A stretch of DNA of 64,000 nucleotides from Entomortierella parvispora E1425 (lineage: Eukaryota; Fungi; Mortierellomycota), in NCBI GenBank assembly GCA_020891255.1, contig BQFW01000012.1:2418001-2482000 (forward strand), given 5' to 3'. Shown one piece after another: positions 58,738 to 64,000 of the stretch. The position numbers were made by a program, and so were the translations under genes. Below the pieces are notes generated by a model. That model ran no database searches, was not told the DNA's origin, and saw only the letters and a list, made by a program, of their open reading frames with translations. Position 1 is the stretch's first letter; every line of letters begins with the position of its first letter.

Positions 58738-60346
58738 TTAACAGCATCCTCCGGCGGTCTGGGCAGGCAATTGCTGTCCAGATCCGACCTTGATGTTCTT
58801 GTTTTGTCCGGCAGGGTTCACAGCGGCTGCTCCCATACGATCCTTGATCTGTTTGGCCATCGTCATGAAGGCCTGCTCGACATTGGTGGCGCTCTTGGCC
58901 GAGGTCTCCAAGAAGGGAATCTTCAGCTGGTCAGCGAATTCCTGTCGGATCGAATGAAAAAACAATAGAACACGTAAGTATCAAGTAGAACGGAACGTTT
59001 TCATTTTCATTTTTTGGTCCGAGCTTTATCCATCCTGTGTTGATCAGCTCATTGTCCAGTCAGGCGCAGTCCACCGAAAAAAATGCGGAAGAAAAGGGAT
59101 TGTCGGCCATTTCTTACCTTGGCAACAGTGTACTCGACAACCTTCTTGCTGGTCAAGTCGCTCTTGTTTCCAACCAAGAGTTTGTTGACACCCTCGGAAG
59201 CATAGCGGTCAATCTCGGCAAGCCATTGCTTCACATTGGAGAAGGTGTCCTGGTCGGTGACATCATAGACGACAATGATGCCGTGTGCTCCGCGGTAGTA
59301 TGACGAGGTAATCGTGCGGAAACGCTCCTGTCCTGCCGTGTCCCACTGTCGTTTTTTTTTTTTTTTGTTGATTTTCGGTCCCCAAAAAAGAAAGATGAAC
59401 AGGTTAGTTTCAGGATGGATAAAAGCACAGCCAGCGCAACGCAGGCATGGCATCACTTTATGATCACGTACGATCTGGAGCTTGACAGTCTTGCCCTCGA
59501 GCTCGATGGTGCGGATTTTCTAAAGAGGAGGAGTTAAAAAGTGAACCGGGGTTAGGACCCTTCTTGCACGAGTGGTATGAACCCCTGTGCATGGCACTCG
59601 TGGTCAAAGGGACAGCCCAGTGCCTCCCTGTCGTGGCTGCATATTTCACATCTCCTGCTCCATGCTCGAAGGGGTCCCTTGGCCCGAGTACGCGTAGGTA
59701 GTCCTTCCATTGAACCTTCGTCTCCAGTTCCTTGTCCATGCACCTTGTCCATGCACTGAGTATTAGGTAATGCTTACAAAGTCAACACCGATGGTCGAGA
59801 CGTAACTCTCGGTATAATTGTCGTCAGCGAAACGAAGGAGCAAACAACTCTTGCCCACTCCGCTGTCTCCAATGAGCAACAACTTGAAGAGATAGTCGCT
59901 ACATTCACATAAAAGTAGAAATAATAGAGTCAGCAACGTAGCAAAGCACACGACACCGCCCCCTTCATTGACGTGGCAGAACGGGTCGCTCCAATATCAG
60001 CCCGTGGCAGAGTCGGGGTTCCTTGGAACATTGCGGTAGGTGGGTGGGTGGGCGGGTGGTGAGAGGAAGAGCATAGCCAAGGGGTTACTCAAATAGAAAT
60101 CACATGTAACGGCGTTGCCGTCTGCGCCATGGGTCCAATGGTGACGAATGCTTTTGAACATGAAAGAACAGCAGACAGCCTTGCTTTAGAAAAAAACCTG
60201 AAAAGGCAGCATGGGGGGAAGGGGGGAGGGGGGGGGGGGGGGAAGCACGGCAAAGGCTCCTTCTTTGCCGAGCCCGTGATGACGGAATGTCTGGTCTAGT
60301 AAAAGAAAATCGCTGTGCTGAAGGAACTTACTATTCGGGGTTCATG
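58738..60346 (-). CDS. YPT1: Rab1/Ypt1 small GTPase
   Basis: Exons 60333-60346, 59778-59898, 59472-59519, 59118-59345, 58738-58941 (205 codons). [51 protein letters not shown] and C-terminal GGCC. Confidence 0.97.
60213..60242 (+). repeat. G6-AA-G6-A-G15 G-run cluster in YPT1 intron 1
   Basis: Read directly from the sequence. Confidence 0.85.
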
Positions 60347-61469
60347 ATGTATTAAGAGCGAAAAGAAGAGCAGGAGGTGAAGGGGAATAGAAGAGGGGTC
60401 TGCTGAGTGTAAGAGTAGAGGGGGGGAAGACAAATGTGGAGAGATGGATGGAATGCAGATGCAAAGAAGTGAAGTCAAAGAGGGACAAAAAAAAGGAGGA
60501 AGGGAACACCAAACGAGACATCGGGAGCATATGGGCGCGTGTTGCGGCCATGCCATGGACGCAGTGGGCAGACCTGCCTGTTCCTTGCATGTCGCCGCCT
60601 CTTTCATTTTATTGCTCTCTGCTCTGTGCTCTGGACGCTAGCAGAGCGCACCGTTCCTGGTCTTGGACGTATCTGTGCCCTGTGCTCCTGTTCCATCGCG
60701 CTACCCTGTCCTTTGGAATGGTCAAGGCGCTGGCGCACGAATTCTGTCTGCAGTTAAGCTGCCGTGATCTCGATATGGATCCACACAACTAGACAATAGC
60801 TTGATCATGGAAAAATCAGGCCACGATATCCACGAGCAAGGTCATGGCTCGATCAGGTCCTGTGTCCAAATGAAAGCTCCAGGGCATCCACGTCGCTTCC
60901 TCGAAGAACAACTTGGTCGTATGTTCCAAGAGGGGTTTCTAGAGAGTCGATCCTCAAGCGGTGCTCTTGAGCATCCACGGAAATAAACCGACCATTAACA
61001 GGCTTACTATTATCGTGTTTGAAAATGATAAAGATCAGTCAACGCGTCAAACGCACCCAAGTTCAGGCAGACATCTTTCGCGACCAGTACCTATAAGGAA
61101 TGACCACCTTCACCAAGGGTTTTTCCTGAGCAGCGGTAAGCCAGAACAACAAGGATCTCTTGCGGAGAGCGACTGCAAGCCCAGCGTCGGTCCCGGTCTC
61201 GGTTTCGTTGGCAGGGTCCATAGGCGGAGGCTGGAGAGATGCAAGTGAATGCATGTGGCGCGAACATATATATAAAGCAAAAATGACGTCACCGTAATCC
61301 CAGTTGACGCATGCCTTGCACCCTTGCACAGGCTGGAAGCCCTTCAATTTTTCCCTCGAGAGGACACCAAGAAAAAAGCATCGAATCTAACTCAGGCGGC
61401 ATTGGCATTGCGACTTTTCTTCTTCTCCTTCCTCTCCTTCCCCCTCCTCCATCACCCATATACATCATC

Positions 61470-63060
61470 ATGTCCGGAAGACTGCAATGTCGCATGTATG
61501 CGAACAAGTTCCCTGAAGGTGCGCACCCTCCCAAGTCCACTCCCATAGACTCTCATTCTTCTTTGCCAGCCTTGATCTGCTCGAGTCTGTGCGCTCTCGA
61601 TTCACCCTCGACCAGCATTCAAATCTAACCTCCCGTCTCTTTCATGTTATCAATCCAACCTCCCATTCTACAACTCTATAGTCGATGACCTGGTCATGGT
61701 CAACGTCCGTCAGATTGCCGAGATGGGCGCCTATGTGCAGCTTCTCGAGTACGACAACATTGAGGGAATGATCTTGCTCAGTGAATTGTCCCGTCGTCGT
61801 ATTCGTTCCATCCAGAAGTTGATTCGTGTTGGCAAGAACGAGGTCGTCGTCGTTCTCAGAGTCGACAAGGAGAAGGGTAATGACAACTAGGATTTTTGAC
61901 TTTGTTTTATTCAAGTTTCCCCAAGGATATTTCAGTTCAGCGATGCAGGGCAACCATGGATCAACAACAACATCGGTCTGTAGGCGTAATATCGCGTCAA
62001 CATCAAACGTTGTGGCTCATGTACCAGGAAACGGGAACAAAGTGAACATGGACAGGGCGCAGAGACCAAAAGACTGGAGAAACGAGATCTTTTTCATTTC
62101 TGGCAGACCTATGATCCAACTGTGGCTGATCAGACTCAGGACAAAGGACTGGCGTCAAGCAACAATGCTGACTCCCCATTACACCAAATCGTAGGATACA
62201 TTGATCTCTCCAAGCGTCGTGTCTCTGCTACGGATATTGTCAAGTGCGAGGAGCGTTACAACAAGTCCAAGGCTGTGCACTCGATCATGTCGACTGTCGC
62301 CAAGAAGGAGAACAAGGATTTGGAGGTTTTGTACGAGCAGTTGGCCTGGCCTTTGTACGCCAAGTACGGCCATGCCTACGATGCTTTCAAGGCTGCCCTC
62401 AAGTAAGTTGCGCGAATCAGGAATATCGATTAATCATGGTCACAGCATCTAGTCTAAATTGCACATTGGACTCACCCTGGATCTTTCACCTTTATAGCGA
62501 GCCCGAGAAGGTTTTCGAGGGCTTGACCATTGAGGAGAGCACAAAGGAGGAGCTTCTCAACAACATCAAGCGTCGTTTGACCCCCCAGCCCATCAAGATC
62601 CGTGCTGATATTGAGGTTACCTGCTTTGACTATGAGGGTATTGATGCCATCAAGACTGCATTCAAGGAGGCCGAGGCCGTTTCCCTGCCCGAGGTCCCTA
62701 TTCGTGTCAAGTTGGTTGCCCCCCCTCTGTATGTCATGATCACCAACGCTTTGGACAAGCAGCTCGGAATTGATACCATGGAGAAGGCCATTGTCGTGTT
62801 GGAGGAGAGCATCAAGAAGTCGAACGGAAACATGGTCACCAAAATGAGTGTAAGTTTGATAGAAATTACTGTTTTATTGATATTGGAACGATAAGAGGTT
62901 GAATCTGACAGCGAACTGCCTTGTTTATGAACAATAGCCCAAGGCCGTTACCGAGGCTGATGATATGGAGCTCGACCAGTTGTTGGCACGCATTGACAAG
63001 GAGAATGCCGAGATCTCGGGAGATGACGATGATTCCGACTCGGATGCTGAGGTCGCCTAA
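61470..63060 (+). CDS. SUI2: Translation initiation factor eIF2 alpha
   Basis: Exons 61470-61518, 61682-61876, 62195-62402, 62498-62849, 62938-63060 (309 codons). Conserved [17 protein letters not shown] with the Ser51-equivalent, KIRADIEV and APPLYV. Confidence 0.97.
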
Positions 63061-63853
63061 ATGTCCAAACCCAAGTACACGATACAAATCAACCCTCTTT
63101 CACAGACTTGTACGCGCCTGCCAAAGACGCTTGGATCGATTTGGATTAACGACATGTAGAGTTAGAAAGGAGAGTGGAGGAACGAAGGTGGTGGACGATG
63201 TAGGATCCACTGATCATTAAAGAAGTAATATCTGTTTTTGAACATAGCAATGGGAGGGGTGCGCAACACGACGGAGCAGAACTTGTCATGATTTGCGAAC
63301 ACGCGTGAGCACTGGATCCGAAAATGGACCGTGCTCACCATGGCTGCACTCTCCATTCTGTCTGAGTACCTGTTCTTATCGTCATGAATGACTGAGGACC
63401 ATGAGTTGTGTGGCTAACAAACAACATGAATGAAGAACGAGCTGAACGTCATTTGGACCAAGAAAAAAAAAGAGAATGAAAAATTGCGCAAGAGTGAAAC
63501 GCAGCGCAAGCGTGATAGGTGAGATCAAGGAAATGAACGCGGGAAAAAAGATTTTTTTTTTTCCTTCATAAAAGCCCCCAAGGTCTCGCCTCACTGTGTC
63601 TGGTACCCACGGACTCTCTTTTTGTGCGCTTTCTTTCTTTCTTTCTTCTCACTCACTCTTGTACATAGTACATATTGATACTCTTCCTATTCATCCTCCT
63701 CTGTCGTCTTTGCTGCCGACACCCACCTTTCCTTTTCTTCCATTTTTACGTTTGTTTCGCCTTATCTTGCTGGCTCTTTATCGTGACACCCAGTCAAGCT
63801 CTCTTTTCTTTTTTCTTTTACTTTGCCAATACCATTCGAATCCCTCCGAAAGA

Positions 63854-64000
63854 ATGAATCGTGCCCGCCGCGAATCTCTCAACTGCTTGAACGCAGACAA
63901 GGAGGCCCTCGAGCACTTTGCTCAGCAGGAGCAAAGCCGACCCTCACCCGAATTACGCAATGTCGAACGCATGGCTGGATCTGGCGCCAGCAATCGCAAC
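63854..64000 (+). CDS. Probable 5' end of a gene running off the window (MNRARRESLNCLNADKEALEHF...)
   Basis: ATG follows a pyrimidine-rich leader, and the frame stays open to the window end. Too short to assign. Confidence 0.45.
   Translation, partial: MNRARRESLNCLNADKEALEHFAQQEQSRPSPELRNVERMAGSGASNRN

Noticed and set aside
59731-59756. 13-bp direct repeat (TGCATGGACAAGG x2 on the minus strand) in a YPT1 intron
   Set aside because: A simple slippage duplication; no spacer array, so not CRISPR-like and not a TE target-site duplication.
61877-62194. Longer intron 2 of eIF2-alpha as a possible snoRNA host (also the long introns of the kelch, kinase and permease genes)
   Set aside because: I found no well-formed C box/D box pair with a terminal stem, or H/ACA hairpins, by eye. 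A snoscan/Infernal run would be decisive.
1-64000. Transposons, rRNA, tRNA, CRISPR arrays
   Set aside because: No transposase/RT/integrase motifs, LTR/TIR pairs, rRNA-like blocks, cloverleafs or repeat-spacer arrays were recognised. Short non-autonomous elements could be missed by eye.

Overview
Eukaryotic, intron-rich fungal genomic DNA (about 50% GC, GT-AG introns mostly 70-150 nt, many poly-A/T and CT/GA tracts). The gene content and F-box/LRR style suggest an early-diverging fungus, most likely Mortierellaceae; this is inference, not a database result. I reconstructed 24 protein-coding loci by hand, and every multi-exon model sums to a whole number of codons. In order: a 5'-truncated LEA/perilipin-like protein, Sde2, a paraoxonase-like propeller, RFC2/RFC4, DUF1761, a kelch protein, a TM-MORN-DUF900 hydrolase, Artemis, an STK32/YANK kinase, an S10 carboxypeptidase, an amino-acid transporter, five tandem F-box/LRR genes (two disrupted), an APC permease, ALG7, a CWCH2 zinc-finger factor, a MYSM1-like SANT-JAMM protein, a small intronless membrane protein, YPT1/Rab1, eIF2-alpha and a 3'-truncated ORF. 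Most notable: (1) the F-box/LRR array, whose last member carries a membrane-anchor-like exon and three exon-encoded ~31-aa repeats; (2) a predicted 4-nt microexon that the permease frame requires; (3) a GC-AG intron that supplies a myristoylated kinase N-terminus; (4) a paraoxonase-like protein with degenerate Ca ligands. I found no rRNA, tRNA, CRISPR array or transposon ORF.
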